64,000 nt of DNA, taken from NCBI GenBank assembly GCA_047974805.1, contig JBKECS010000066.1, positions 27,133 to 91,132 on the forward strand, in the 5' to 3' direction. Below the pieces are notes generated by a model, which saw only the letters and a program-made list of their open reading frames with translations, was not told the origin of the DNA and did no database searches. Below are positions 44,528 through 54,336 of this stretch, one piece after another. Within the stretch, counting starts at the first letter, position 1, and each line of letters starts with the position of its first letter. This DNA comes from Nostocoides sp. Its GTDB lineage: Bacteria > Actinomycetota > Actinomycetes > Actinomycetales > Dermatophilaceae. Both the position numbers and the translations under genes were made by a program.

Positions 44528-45200
44528 ACTCGGCGACGGCCGGCCCGGCGATCTTGGCCTTGGCCTCGAAACCGTCCATCGGTCGCCACGCCGGGCGTTC
44601 GCCCTCGGTGACCGCGAACCGGTCCCCGGCCGACAGGACGCTTCGGATGTGCGATGCGTAGCCGGCGTGGTCCGTGGCGATCCGGATCACCCCGGACGGG
44701 GCCAGTCGCCGGTATGCCAGATCGAGAAGATCCGGGCCGACAAGTCGGCGTTTGTGGTGACGCGCCTTGGGCCACGGGTCGGGGAAGAACATGTGCAGCC
44801 CGGCCAGATGCTGCGGCGCGATCCGTTCGGCCAACACATTCACGCCGTCGTCGAGAACGATCCGAAGGTTGGGCACGGCGCACCGCTGGGCAGCCGCGAG
44901 CATCCGTGCGATCCCGGGCGGGTGGACGTCGACGGCGAGGACGTCGTGGTGCGGATGCGTGGCCGCATACCCGATCGCGGCGCCACCATGGCCGCAGCCA
45001 ATCTCCAGCACCAGCGGCGCCACCCGCCCGAACGTGGCCATGGCATCCAGCGGACCGTCCGGGATCGCCCGTGACGGCCCAAGGGCAGCCAACCGGTCCA
45101 GGGTCAGTGGGGAGAGCCGGCCGCGCCGTGCGGAGTAGCTGCGGATCCGGGGCTGGCTGCCCGCGGCGGCGGCCTCGGCCTGATTCGACATGACCGTCAT
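44508..45200 (-). CDS. trmB: tRNA (guanine-N7)-methyltransferase
   Basis: LEIGCGHGG SAM motif and FFPDPWPKARHHKRR. The ATG at 45200 overlaps the PP2C stop (ATGA). Confidence 0.9.
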   Translation of the reverse strand: MTVMSNQAEAAAAGSQPRIRSYSARRGRLSPLTLDRLAALGPSRAIPDGPLDAMATFGRVAPLVLEIGCGHGGAAIGYAATHPHHDVLAVDVHPPGIARMLAAAQRCAVPNLRIVLDDGVNVLAERIAPQHLAGLHMFFPDPWPKARHHKRRLVGPDLLDLAYRRLAPSGVIRIATDHAGYASHIRSVLSAGDRFAVTEGERPAWRPMDGFEAKAKIAGPAVAEFTAVRR

Positions 45201-46264
45201 GTCCGGGTGAGCACGACCGCGGCCCGATCGTCGGCGTCTCCGGCCCTCGCTGCGTCGCAGACGGCTCGAGCAACCCGGGACGGCGCCGCGGACACGGCCG
45301 CCCGCTCGGCGACGCCGAGCATACGATCGATCCCGTCGGCCAACTCGTATCGTTGCGACTCGATGACCCCGTCGGTGTACAGCAAGATCGCGTCGCCGGG
45401 CTCCATGGTCCCGCCGACGCGGCGATAGTGCGCGAACTCGACCACGCCCAACAACGGCCCGGCCGCAGCATCGAGCATCGACCAACGTCCGGATCCACCC
45501 CGATGATGCGCGGCCGGCGGATGACCAGCAGACCCCACCGTGTAGGCGCCGGTGCTCAGATCCACCCAGAGATGGACACAGGTCGCGAAGCCCTCCGGCC
45601 ATTGCTGGCGCAGCAGGAAGGCGTTGGCGCTGGGCAGGAACTCCTCCGGTGGCGTCGACCCAAGCAGCCCGGCGAGCGCCCCGGACAGCAACAGCGAGCG
45701 CGTCCCCGCGTTGACGCCCTTGCCGGAGACGTCGACTAGGGCGAGCTCAAGGATCTGTCCGTCGATGGAGCGGCTTGCGATGAGGAAGTCGCCCGAGAAG
45801 GAGTCCCCGTGGGCCGAATCGACCACGGCCTCCGCGGTCCATCCCTCCGGCAAGGCGGGGATCTCTCCGGTCCGCTTCAACCGGTCGCGCAGATCCACCA
45901 GCATGGACTCGCCCAGCACCCCGGTCACGCCGAGCCGAGAGCGGGCGTTGGAGACCCACAACATCAGGCCCATGACGATGACCTGGGCGGTGAGGCTGAC
46001 CGGGAAGCCGGCGTCGGACTGACCGACATCCGAGGCAGCGACCATCCACCACAGGATGTAGGCGTCCACGACGAGGAGCCGCCCTGTGGTCAAGAACAGG
46101 CCGGCGACCACGACGATCGGCGCGAAAGGCGCCACCGCGGGCCAGTCCGGATGCCACATCATCACCGCGACACCCACGGCAGTGACCGCCACGACGAGGA
46201 TGGCGAGCACGAAGAACCCCCCGCCCGGTCGCCACCTGGCGCGGCGACGAAGCGAGCGGATCAC
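45197..46264 (-). CDS. Membrane-anchored PP2C/SpoIIE-family serine phosphatase
   Basis: N-terminal hydrophobic helices followed by DVSGKGVNAG...LLYTDGVIE, which are PP2C/SpoIIE motifs. Confidence 0.8.
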   Translation of the reverse strand: MIRSLRRRARWRPGGGFFVLAILVVAVTAVGVAVMMWHPDWPAVAPFAPIVVVAGLFLTTGRLLVVDAYILWWMVAASDVGQSDAGFPVSLTAQVIVMGLMLWVSNARSRLGVTGVLGESMLVDLRDRLKRTGEIPALPEGWTAEAVVDSAHGDSFSGDFLIASRSIDGQILELALVDVSGKGVNAGTRSLLLSGALAGLLGSTPPEEFLPSANAFLLRQQWPEGFATCVHLWVDLSTGAYTVGSAGHPPAAHHRGGSGRWSMLDAAAGPLLGVVEFAHYRRVGGTMEPGDAILLYTDGVIESQRYELADGIDRMLGVAERAAVSAAPSRVARAVCDAARAGDADDRAAVVLTRT

Positions 46265-46286
46265 CCTGCTCGGCCAGGTGCGGATA

Positions 46287-46772
46287 TCAGCCTCCGGTGG
46301 GCGGTTCCGCAGCGGAAGGCAGGGTGGAGTCCTGCTCGTAGGCGGTCAGCATGTCGATCCGGCGCTGGTGGCGCGGTTCGGCGGAGAAGGCGGTGGCCAA
46401 GAAGGTTGACACCATGGCGCGGGCATCGTCCATTGTCGCCATTCGTCCGCCGATGGAGATGATCTGGGCGTTGTTATGCTCCCGCGCCAGCCGCGCCATC
46501 TCCTCGTCGTAGCACAGGGCTGCCCGGATCCCGGCCACTTTGTTCGCGGCCATCTGTTCACCGTTGCCCGATCCGCCGAGGACGACACCCAGTGATTCCG
46601 GATCGGCAGCCACCGCCTCTGCGGCGCGCAGGACGAAGACGGGATAGTCATCCAGCGGGTCCAGGGTGAAGGCTCCGTGGTTGACCACGTCGTGGCCCTG
46701 CTCGGTCAGGAAGGTGATGAGGTCCTGGAACAACTCCCAGGCGGCATGGTCGCTGGCAATGTGCACGCGCAT
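46287..46772 (-). CDS. rpiB: Ribose-5-phosphate isomerase B
   Basis: MRVHIASDHAAWEL...GGSGNGEQMAANKVAGIRAALCYD...REHNNAQIISIGGRM. Confidence 0.92.
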   Translation of the reverse strand: MRVHIASDHAAWELFQDLITFLTEQGHDVVNHGAFTLDPLDDYPVFVLRAAEAVAADPESLGVVLGGSGNGEQMAANKVAGIRAALCYDEEMARLAREHNNAQIISIGGRMATMDDARAMVSTFLATAFSAEPRHQRRIDMLTAYEQDSTLPSAAEPPTGG

Positions 46773-46859
46773 GGTCGGCGGCTCCGTTGTGTGAGGTCGG
46801 GTTCAGGGCGGTGATGCTGGTCGCAATTCTTGCTCAGCCAGCATCGTTCAGAGGTCGGT

Positions 46860-47474
46860 TCAATCGATGATGGGGTCTCGGGTCCGGCTGCGCTTGAGCT
46901 CGAAGAAGCCGTCTGTGCCGGCGACGAGCAGACAGCCGTCCCAGAGCGCGCCGGCAGCCTCACCGGTGGGCGCCGGGGAGACCACCGGCCCGAAGAAGGC
47001 GACCCCGTTGACCGCGATCGTCGGGGTACCCACATCTGGGCCGACCAGGGAAATCACGGTGTCCTTGGTGGTCCGCAACTGGTCGTCGAGTTCGGTCGTG
47101 TCGGCATACGCCGCGTAGTCGGCGGCCAAGCCGACCTCGGCCAGGGCCGGTGTGATGACGTCGGCGACCGGACGGATGCCGTCCCGGTGCACCCGGGTGC
47201 CCATGGCGTCGTACAAGGCCTTGACCGTGGCGTTGTCGTTGTCCCGGGCCACGGCCGCGACCACGCGGGCCGGTGCCCACGCGGTGTCAAGGAAGGTCCG
47301 GTAATCGGCCGACAGGTCCCGCCCTTCATTCAGCGCCGCCAGGGACATCACGTGCCAGGTGACCCTGACATCTCGCACCTTCTCGACCTCCATCATCCAC
47401 CGGGAGGCCATCCATGCCCACGGGCAGAGCGGGTCGAACCAGAAGTCGGCAGTGTTCGCACCTTGTTCAGCCAT
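46860..47474 (-). CDS. DsbA-family thioredoxin-fold protein (monothiol CPWA variant)
   Basis: FWFDPLCPWAWMASRW sits where relatives carry CPWC. About 204 aa. Start chosen at MAEQGANT (47474). Confidence 0.7.
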   Translation of the reverse strand: MAEQGANTADFWFDPLCPWAWMASRWMMEVEKVRDVRVTWHVMSLAALNEGRDLSADYRTFLDTAWAPARVVAAVARDNDNATVKALYDAMGTRVHRDGIRPVADVITPALAEVGLAADYAAYADTTELDDQLRTTKDTVISLVGPDVGTPTIAVNGVAFFGPVVSPAPTGEAAGALWDGCLLVAGTDGFFELKRSRTRDPIID

Positions 47475-47594
47475 GGCGCCATCCTGCCATCGGCACTGAA
47501 AGAATACTTCTGCGGGTCGGCCCCAAGACACCGGCTCGCGGCCTGGTCGGTGCCAGACCCCACCGGCTCGGCGAGTTGATCACGAGGAGATGTC

Positions 47595-50165
47595 ATGCCC
47601 GGACGAAACCTGACCGATGTCGAGGCCGCCGCCAGGTCAGACTTGGTCACGGTAGATCGATACCGAGTCACGTTGGACCTGACGACCGGTGACGACACGT
47701 TCGCCACCACCTCGGCAGTGGTTTTCACCGCGACCGCCGGTGCGGCGACCTTCATCGATTTCATCGGGGACGCCGTGCTGCGCATCACCCTCAACGGGGT
47801 GGACCTGCCGGTGGCGGAACTTGTCGACGACGCCAGGATCACCCTGCCGGACCTCGCCGAGCACAACGAGCTCGAAATCGAAGCGACCGGACGCTATATG
47901 AACACCGGTGAGGGGTTGCACCGCTTGGTCGACCCGGTCGACCAGGAGGTCTACCTGTACTCCCAATTCGAGGTCTCCGATGCCCGTCGGATGTTCCCAG
48001 TCTTCGACCAGCCGGATCTCAAGGCGACGTATGCCTTCACCGTCACCGCGCCCGATCACTGGCAGGTGCTGTCCAACTCCCCCTCCCCGACCCCGACGCC
48101 GGTCCGTCCGGGCGTTGCCCGCTGGGAGTTCCCCGCCACGGAACGGATGAGCAGCTACATCACTGCCTTGGTCGCCGGTCCGTACGAGGTCCGCCGCGAC
48201 ATTGCCCATGGCCGCGACGGCGACATCCCCCTGGGACTGTATGCGCGGTCCTCCATGGCGACCTATCTCAACTGGGACAACGTCTTTGAGATCACCAAGG
48301 CCGGGTTGGCCTTCTTCGAGGAGGAGTTCGACCGGGCCTATCCGTTTGCCAAGTACGACCAGATCTTCACCCCGGAATACAACATGGGAGCCATGGAGAA
48401 CGCCGGATGCGTGACCATCAACGAGGTCTACGTCTTTCGGGGTCAGGTGCCCGATCGGATCGTCGAACGGCGCGCCCTGACCATCCTGCACGAGTTGGCG
48501 CACATGTGGTTCGGCAACCTCGTCACCATGACGTGGTGGAACGACCTGTGGCTCAACGAGTCCTTCGCCGAGTGGGCGGCCACCACCGCTCAGGCGGAGC
48601 GGACCGAGTGGGTCGACGCGTGGGCGACGTTCGGTACCTTCGAAAAGGAGTGGGCCTACCGGCAGGACCAGCAATCCACGACTCACCCGGTGGTCGCCCC
48701 GATTCGCGACTTGCACGACGTCGAAATCAACTTCGACGGGATCACGTATGCCAAGGGCGCCTCCGCGCTGAAGCAATTGGCCGCGTTTGTCGGACGGGAG
48801 CCCTTCGTCGCGGGTCTGCGCACCTACTTTGCCCAGTATGCCTGGGGCAACACGGTGCTGACCGACCTGCTGAAACACCTCTCCGCGACCTCCGGGCGTG
48901 ACCTCGCCAAGTGGTCCGCCACCTGGTTGGAGACAGCCGGGGTCAACACCCTGCGACCCGATGTCGTCCTGAACGATCAGGGCCAGTACGCCTCGGTCGT
49001 CATCGAGCAGCTCCCCGATGCCAGCGCCGGTATCTTGCGCCCCCATCGTCTTCGGGTCGGCACATATGCCCTGATCGACGGGGTGCTGACCCGCACCACA
49101 TCGAGCGAGCTCGACGTGGTGGGTGCACGCACCCCGGTCCCCGCACTGATCGGGCAGCCCGAGGCGGATCTGTTGCTGATCAATGACGAGGATCTGACAT
49201 ATGCCAAGATCCGGTTCGATCCCCGCTCCCTGGCCACCGTGCTGGCCCATCCCTCGGCACTGATCGAGGCGGGACCACGCACGCTCGTCGTGACGGCGTT
49301 GTGGGACATGGTCCGCGATGGCGAGCTGCCGGCCGGGCGATTCGTCGAACTGGCGTTTGGGCTGCTCAATGGCCTGTCGGATTCCACCATGATGGCGGTC
49401 CTGCTCACCCGGCTGATGGGTTCCCCCCTGGCCGCGGTACCGACGTCGATTCTGATGTATACCCCGACCAGTCAGCGGGAAGAGTTGCGCCGAACCGCCG
49501 TAACCACCGTGCACTCCAAGTTCTTGGCCGCCGAACCGGGCAGCGACGCGCAGCTCCAATTGGCCATGGCCTGGCTGGACCTGCTCGGCCCGGGCGACGA
49601 CGTGAGCCCCGCGGCCGGCCTGCTCGACGGGACGGCACCGGTGGCCGGTTTCGACGTGGGCGCGGACATGCGATGGCGCATCGTGTGCGCGCTCGCCGCC
49701 GCCGGATCCGTCGGCGAGGCGGAGATTGACGCCGAGCTTGCTGGCGACGACACGGCCAACGGCCGGGCGGAAGCGGCGAAGGCATTGGCCTCACGACCGA
49801 CCATCGCCGCCAAGGCCCAGGCGTGGGAGCAGATCCTGCACGACACCACGCTGTCGAACTCCGTCGTCGACGCTCTGGCGGCGGGATTCACCCGGGCTGG
49901 AGCCGAAGACGTACTGGCCGGCTTCGTCACGGCATACCATGAGGCTCTGCTCCCGGTGTGGCGGGATCGCCCGCTGGCAATCGGCGAAGCCATCGTCTCC
50001 GGGTGCTATCCGCGAACACTGGCCAGCGCCGAGTTGCTCAGCGCCACCCAGGCGTGGCTCGATGCCCACCCTGACGCTCCGGCGCCGCTTATCCGACTGG
50101 TCACGGAGAACCGCGACGAGATCACCATCGCACTGACCGCGCAGGCGCGGACACAGACGTCATGA
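47595..50165 (+). CDS. pepN: Aminopeptidase N (M1 family)
   Basis: GAMEN exopeptidase motif and the HELAHMWFGNLV...WLNESFAEW zinc motif. 856 aa. Confidence 0.95.
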   Translation: MPGRNLTDVEAAARSDLVTVDRYRVTLDLTTGDDTFATTSAVVFTATAGAATFIDFIGDAVLRITLNGVDLPVAELVDDARITLPDLAEHNELEIEATGRYMNTGEGLHRLVDPVDQEVYLYSQFEVSDARRMFPVFDQPDLKATYAFTVTAPDHWQVLSNSPSPTPTPVRPGVARWEFPATERMSSYITALVAGPYEVRRDIAHGRDGDIPLGLYARSSMATYLNWDNVFEITKAGLAFFEEEFDRAYPFAKYDQIFTPEYNMGAMENAGCVTINEVYVFRGQVPDRIVERRALTILHELAHMWFGNLVTMTWWNDLWLNESFAEWAATTAQAERTEWVDAWATFGTFEKEWAYRQDQQSTTHPVVAPIRDLHDVEINFDGITYAKGASALKQLAAFVGREPFVAGLRTYFAQYAWGNTVLTDLLKHLSATSGRDLAKWSATWLETAGVNTLRPDVVLNDQGQYASVVIEQLPDASAGILRPHRLRVGTYALIDGVLTRTTSSELDVVGARTPVPALIGQPEADLLLINDEDLTYAKIRFDPRSLATVLAHPSALIEAGPRTLVVTALWDMVRDGELPAGRFVELAFGLLNGLSDSTMMAVLLTRLMGSPLAAVPTSILMYTPTSQREELRRTAVTTVHSKFLAAEPGSDAQLQLAMAWLDLLGPGDDVSPAAGLLDGTAPVAGFDVGADMRWRIVCALAAAGSVGEAEIDAELAGDDTANGRAEAAKALASRPTIAAKAQAWEQILHDTTLSNSVVDALAAGFTRAGAEDVLAGFVTAYHEALLPVWRDRPLAIGEAIVSGCYPRTLASAELLSATQAWLDAHPDAPAPLIRLVTENRDEITIALTAQARTQTS

Positions 50166-51103
50166 TCGTGCCCCCCGCTGTCCTCGCACCGGTCGAGTCC
50201 TTGGCGGACAAGGCCACGGTGACCGCCGAAGACGTCCTGCACTGGCTGGCCACCGATGGATTGCGGATCGTACTCACCTTGGTCACCCTCGTCGTGGTGC
50301 GATTCATCGCCAACCGAGCGATCAGCACCATCGTGGACGCCTCGACCAAGCGCGCCCGGGACGGGTCCCGAACCACAGCCCAGAAGATGCTGGACAACGT
50401 GACCGGGGCCGATGACGAACGCCATGCCGCCCGGATGAAGACCCTCGGATCCCTCTTGCGTTCGATCGTGACCTTCGTCCTCATCGTCATCGGCGTGCTG
50501 ACCGTCTTCGGTGTCGCCGGGATCCCTCTGGGGCCCCTGCTCGCCTCCGCCGGGATCGGCGGCGTCGCCATCGGCCTGGGCGCGCAAAGCCTGATCAAGG
50601 ATTTCTTGTCCGGCATCTTCATGATCATCGAGGACCAGTACGGCGTCGGCGACATCATCGACACCGGAGAGGCCGTCGGCACGGTCGAGGAGGTCACGCT
50701 ACGGGTCACTCGTCTGCGCGACACCAGCGGGGTCACCTGGTATGTCCGCAACGGCGAGATCGTGCGGGTGGGCAATACCTCGCAGGGATGGCAGGCCGCC
50801 GATGTGGACATCCCGATCGCCTCCTCCGAGCCGGTAGACAAGGCCATCGAGGTGATCCGTCGCGCCGCGGACCTGGCGGGCCATGACGACATGCATGACA
50901 TGCTCATCGACGACCCCGACGTGTTGGGGGTCCAGTCGGTCAGCGCGGCCGGCACGATCATTCGCACGAGGGTTCGGTGCGTTCCCGGTGCCGCCGGAAC
51001 GGTCACCCGCCGGTTGCGCGCCCAGATCAAGAACGCCCTGGACGACGAGGGCATCGCCGGGCCTCCCCCGGCCGCTGCCAGCGATCGGCCCGAACGGACC
51101 TGA
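50162..51103 (+). CDS. Small-conductance mechanosensitive channel (MscS family)
   Basis: LIKDFLSGIFMIIEDQYGVGDIIDTGEAVGTVEEVTLRVTRLRD. The ATG overlaps the pepN stop (ATGA). Confidence 0.88.
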   Translation: MIVPPAVLAPVESLADKATVTAEDVLHWLATDGLRIVLTLVTLVVVRFIANRAISTIVDASTKRARDGSRTTAQKMLDNVTGADDERHAARMKTLGSLLRSIVTFVLIVIGVLTVFGVAGIPLGPLLASAGIGGVAIGLGAQSLIKDFLSGIFMIIEDQYGVGDIIDTGEAVGTVEEVTLRVTRLRDTSGVTWYVRNGEIVRVGNTSQGWQAADVDIPIASSEPVDKAIEVIRRAADLAGHDDMHDMLIDDPDVLGVQSVSAAGTIIRTRVRCVPGAAGTVTRRLRAQIKNALDDEGIAGPPPAAASDRPERT

Positions 51104-51183
51104 GGTCGCCCCAGGGACCAGCGTGGGGCCAATGCCCGGGGCCCCCTCACCGGAGGGAATCCCCCACCTGAAACACTGGCACG

Positions 51184-51570
51184 GTGACCACGTCCGCAGA
51201 GAGCTTCTACGACCGTGTCGGGGGCAAGGAGACCTTCGCCCGACTCGTGCACGCCTTCTATGAGGGTGTGGCCAGCGACCCCGAGCTGCGAGCCATGTAC
51301 CCCGAGGAGGACCTGGCCCCGGCCGAACGACGGCTGCGGATGTTCCTGGAGCAGTATTGGGGCGGCCCGAAGGACTACAGCCAGGAGCGCGGCCACCCTC
51401 GGCTGCGGATGCGTCACATCCCGTTCGCCATCACCGAGTCGATGCGTGACCGCTGGCTGCACCACATGCTGGCCGCCGTGGACACCCTCGAGCTGCCGTC
51501 CGCGCAGGACTCACAACTTCGCGACTATCTCGAGCAATCGGCCCATATGCTCGTCAACACCCCGGAATAG
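51184..51570 (+). CDS. glbO: Group II truncated hemoglobin
   Basis: FYDRVGGKETFARLVHAFYEGVASDPELRAMYPE...YWGGPKDYSQERGHPRLRMRH. Confidence 0.88.
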   Translation: MTTSAESFYDRVGGKETFARLVHAFYEGVASDPELRAMYPEEDLAPAERRLRMFLEQYWGGPKDYSQERGHPRLRMRHIPFAITESMRDRWLHHMLAAVDTLELPSAQDSQLRDYLEQSAHMLVNTPE

Positions 51571-51673
51571 TCCGCGCCGCTGGTCATCGCCCCTCACTCG
51601 CATACCGAATGTGGGTGATCGCGCCAGGTGTGACCGCCGCAGCGCCCAATCTCGACGCGAACAGCCACACTCG

Positions 51674-53536
51674 ATGTCGTCCCGAACACGATTTCGCGTG
51701 CGGGACCGGCATACGGGAGCATTGCCGTTTGTGACCAATGCCACTCCACCGGCCGACGCGTCCCCCACCGGGGAGCAGACTCCTGCCCACCTGACTCGCA
51801 CGGTTGTGCACGCCGCAGACAGACACGACGCCTGGTGGCGGCAGGCGGTCATTTACCAGATCTATCCTCGCAGCTGGGCCGACTCGGACGGGGACGGTAT
51901 CGGCGACCTGCCCGGTATCACCGCTCGCCTGGACTATCTGCGAGACCTCGGCGTCGACGCCCTCTGGCTCAGCCCGTTCTATGTCTCCCCAATGAACGAC
52001 GCCGGGTACGACGTCGCGAACTACCGGGACGTCGACCCGTGCTTCGGCAGCCTGGGCGATGCCGACACGCTCATCCGGCGCGCCCACGATCTCGGGCTGA
52101 AGGTCATCATCGACCTGGTCCCCAACCACTCCAGCAGCACCCACCCGTGGTTCCAGGCGGCCCTGGCCGCCCAGCCCGGGAGCCAGGAGCGGGCCCGCTA
52201 CCTCTTCCGCGACGGGCGAGGTGAGCACGGAGAGGCGCCACCGAACAACTGGGCCTCAGTCTTCGGCGGCCGGGGCTGGAGCCGAGTCACCGAAACCGAC
52301 GGCGAGCCTGGCCAGTGGTACCTGCACCTCTTCGACGCCACCCAACCGGACTACGACTGGCGCAACGCGGAGGTCCGCGCGGAGTTCGAGGCCATCTTGG
52401 CGTTCTGGCTGGATCGGGATGTCGATGGCTTCCGGGTCGACGTCGCCCATTCCTTGATCAAAGCGGAGTCGCTGCCCGATTGGGACGGCCCGGCCACCCT
52501 TGAAGCGCTGTTCGCGACCAGCACGCTCACCCCGGACACGCCACGGCCGCCGATGTGGGATCAGGACGGGGTGCATGAGGTCTACCGGTCCTGGAGGTCC
52601 CTGGTGGACGGGTACGGCCCCGGGGAACGGATTCTCTGTGCGGAGGCCTGGGTGCAGCCGTTGGAACGATTGGCCCGCTACGTGCGGCCCGATGAGATGC
52701 ACCAGGCGTTCAACTTCGACTTCCTGGAGACACCGCGGCGTGCGGACCGGCTCCGCGCGGTCATCGCCGGTTCGTTGGCGGCCAACGACGCCGTCGGCGC
52801 GCCGACGACGTGGGTGCTGTCCAACCATGACGTCGTCCGGCACGCCACCCGGCTCGGCCTGGACCAGGACGGCCCGCGGCCCAACGGCATCGGCGCGAAC
52901 GATCCCCAACCGGACGTCGCGCTCGGGCTTCGTCGGGCCCGCGCCGCGAGCCTGCTCATGCTCGCCCTTCCTGGTGGGGCCTACCTCTATCAGGGCGAGG
53001 AACTGGGTCTGCCCGACCACACGACGATGCCCGATGAGGCCCGCCATGACCCGACGTTCGCCTCCACCGGCGGCGCGGTTCTCGGCCGCGACGGGTGCCG
53101 GGTGCCCATGCCCTGGCGAGCGGAGGCTCCCTCCTTCGGGTTCGGCCCAAGCGAGCGGACCTGGTTGCCCCAGCCGGCGGCATACCGCGCGTATGCCGTG
53201 GACCAGCAGGACGGCGTGCCCGGGTCGACCCTGGAGCTCTACCGGCACGCACTGCATATGCGCCGGGAACGGGGCATCGGGCTGGCCGGGCTGGACCTCA
53301 TCGACGGGCTCGGCGAGGACGTCGTCGCGGTCCAGCTCACCGCTGCCGATGGCACGGTCACGACGGCTGTGGCCAACCTCGGCGCCACGCAGGTGGATCT
53401 CCCGCCCGAGTTGGGCGACATCTTGCTTGCCTCCGCGCCCGTGGACACCGAGGGCACCCTGCCGGTCGATACCACTGCTTGGCTGGGCCGGTCCGACAAC
53501 GCTGCACCGGCGATACCCGATCGAGGAGTGGCATGA
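51674..53536 (+). CDS. GH13 alpha-glucosidase / oligo-1,6-glucosidase-like
   Basis: VIYQIYPRSWADSDGDGIGDL, DVDGFRVDVAHSL and VLSNHDVVRH. Start uncertain (ATG at 51674 or GTG at 51806). The track ORF over-extends to 51215. Confidence 0.85.
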   Translation: MSSRTRFRVRDRHTGALPFVTNATPPADASPTGEQTPAHLTRTVVHAADRHDAWWRQAVIYQIYPRSWADSDGDGIGDLPGITARLDYLRDLGVDALWLSPFYVSPMNDAGYDVANYRDVDPCFGSLGDADTLIRRAHDLGLKVIIDLVPNHSSSTHPWFQAALAAQPGSQERARYLFRDGRGEHGEAPPNNWASVFGGRGWSRVTETDGEPGQWYLHLFDATQPDYDWRNAEVRAEFEAILAFWLDRDVDGFRVDVAHSLIKAESLPDWDGPATLEALFATSTLTPDTPRPPMWDQDGVHEVYRSWRSLVDGYGPGERILCAEAWVQPLERLARYVRPDEMHQAFNFDFLETPRRADRLRAVIAGSLAANDAVGAPTTWVLSNHDVVRHATRLGLDQDGPRPNGIGANDPQPDVALGLRRARAASLLMLALPGGAYLYQGEELGLPDHTTMPDEARHDPTFASTGGAVLGRDGCRVPMPWRAEAPSFGFGPSERTWLPQPAAYRAYAVDQQDGVPGSTLELYRHALHMRRERGIGLAGLDLIDGLGEDVVAVQLTAADGTVTTAVANLGATQVDLPPELGDILLASAPVDTEGTLPVDTTAWLGRSDNAAPAIPDRGVA

Positions 53537-54336
53537 CACATCGTCCGGCCGCGGCATACCCCTACTTCGACGCGCCAACACCGCTAGCCCTGGCGCATCG
53601 CGGCGGTGCGGCCTACGGCCCCAACCGCGGGCTGGAGAACAGCCTCGCGGCTTTTCGGACCGCCAGGTCGCTGGGCTACCGCTACCTAGAGACCGACGTG
53701 CACGCGACCGCTGACGGAGTCCTGGTCGCCTTCCACGATGATCGTCTGGATCGGGTCACCGACGGGGTGGGTGCGGTGGCCGACCTGCCGTATGCGAGCG
53801 TCGCCGAGGCTCGAATTGGTGGTCGGGAGCCCATCCCACGGTTGGAGGAGCTGCTTGAAGAGCTGCCCGGGGCCCGGCTCAATATCGACGTTAAGTCCAA
53901 CCAGGCGGTGGCGCCGCTCATTGAGGCGATCCGTCGGCATGAGGCGATCGACCGGGTGTGCGTCGGCTCCTTCTCGGAGCGGCGTTTGCGTGCGGTCCGC
54001 ACCGCGCTCGGGCCGAAGCTGGCCACAGCGGCCGGACAGTTCGGCGTGGCCGCGCTCCGTTTCGGCCCCTCCGTGATCACCCGGATGATGGCGACGCCGT
54101 CACCAGTCCTGCAGATCCCCGACACCCACCACATCGGTGGGGTGACCCTTCGGCTGGTCACCCCGGGACTGCTTCGAAAGGCTCATGCCCTTGGCAAGCA
54201 GGTCCACGTCTGGACCGTCGACGACCCCTCGGAGATGGCCCGGCTCCTCGATCTGGGCGTCGACGGAATCGTCACCGACCGGATAGATGTGCTGGCGCGG
54301 GTGTTGGCTGGTCGCGGGGTAGCGTTGGGCCAGTGA
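53533..54336 (+). CDS. Glycerophosphodiester phosphodiesterase family protein
   Basis: LAHRGG...ENSLAAF...ETDVHATADGVLVAFHD...VWTVDD. The ATG overlaps the upstream stop (ATGA at 53533-53536). Confidence 0.85.
   Translation: MTHRPAAAYPYFDAPTPLALAHRGGAAYGPNRGLENSLAAFRTARSLGYRYLETDVHATADGVLVAFHDDRLDRVTDGVGAVADLPYASVAEARIGGREPIPRLEELLEELPGARLNIDVKSNQAVAPLIEAIRRHEAIDRVCVGSFSERRLRAVRTALGPKLATAAGQFGVAALRFGPSVITRMMATPSPVLQIPDTHHIGGVTLRLVTPGLLRKAHALGKQVHVWTVDDPSEMARLLDLGVDGIVTDRIDVLARVLAGRGVALGQ

Noticed and set aside
44101-45498. 465-aa minus-strand ORF spanning the NUDIX and trmB region, and the 364-aa extension of trmB to 45602.
   Set aside because: Arg/Pro-rich nonsense sequence. The trmB signature begins only after the ATG at 45200, which is coupled (ATGA) to the PP2C stop.
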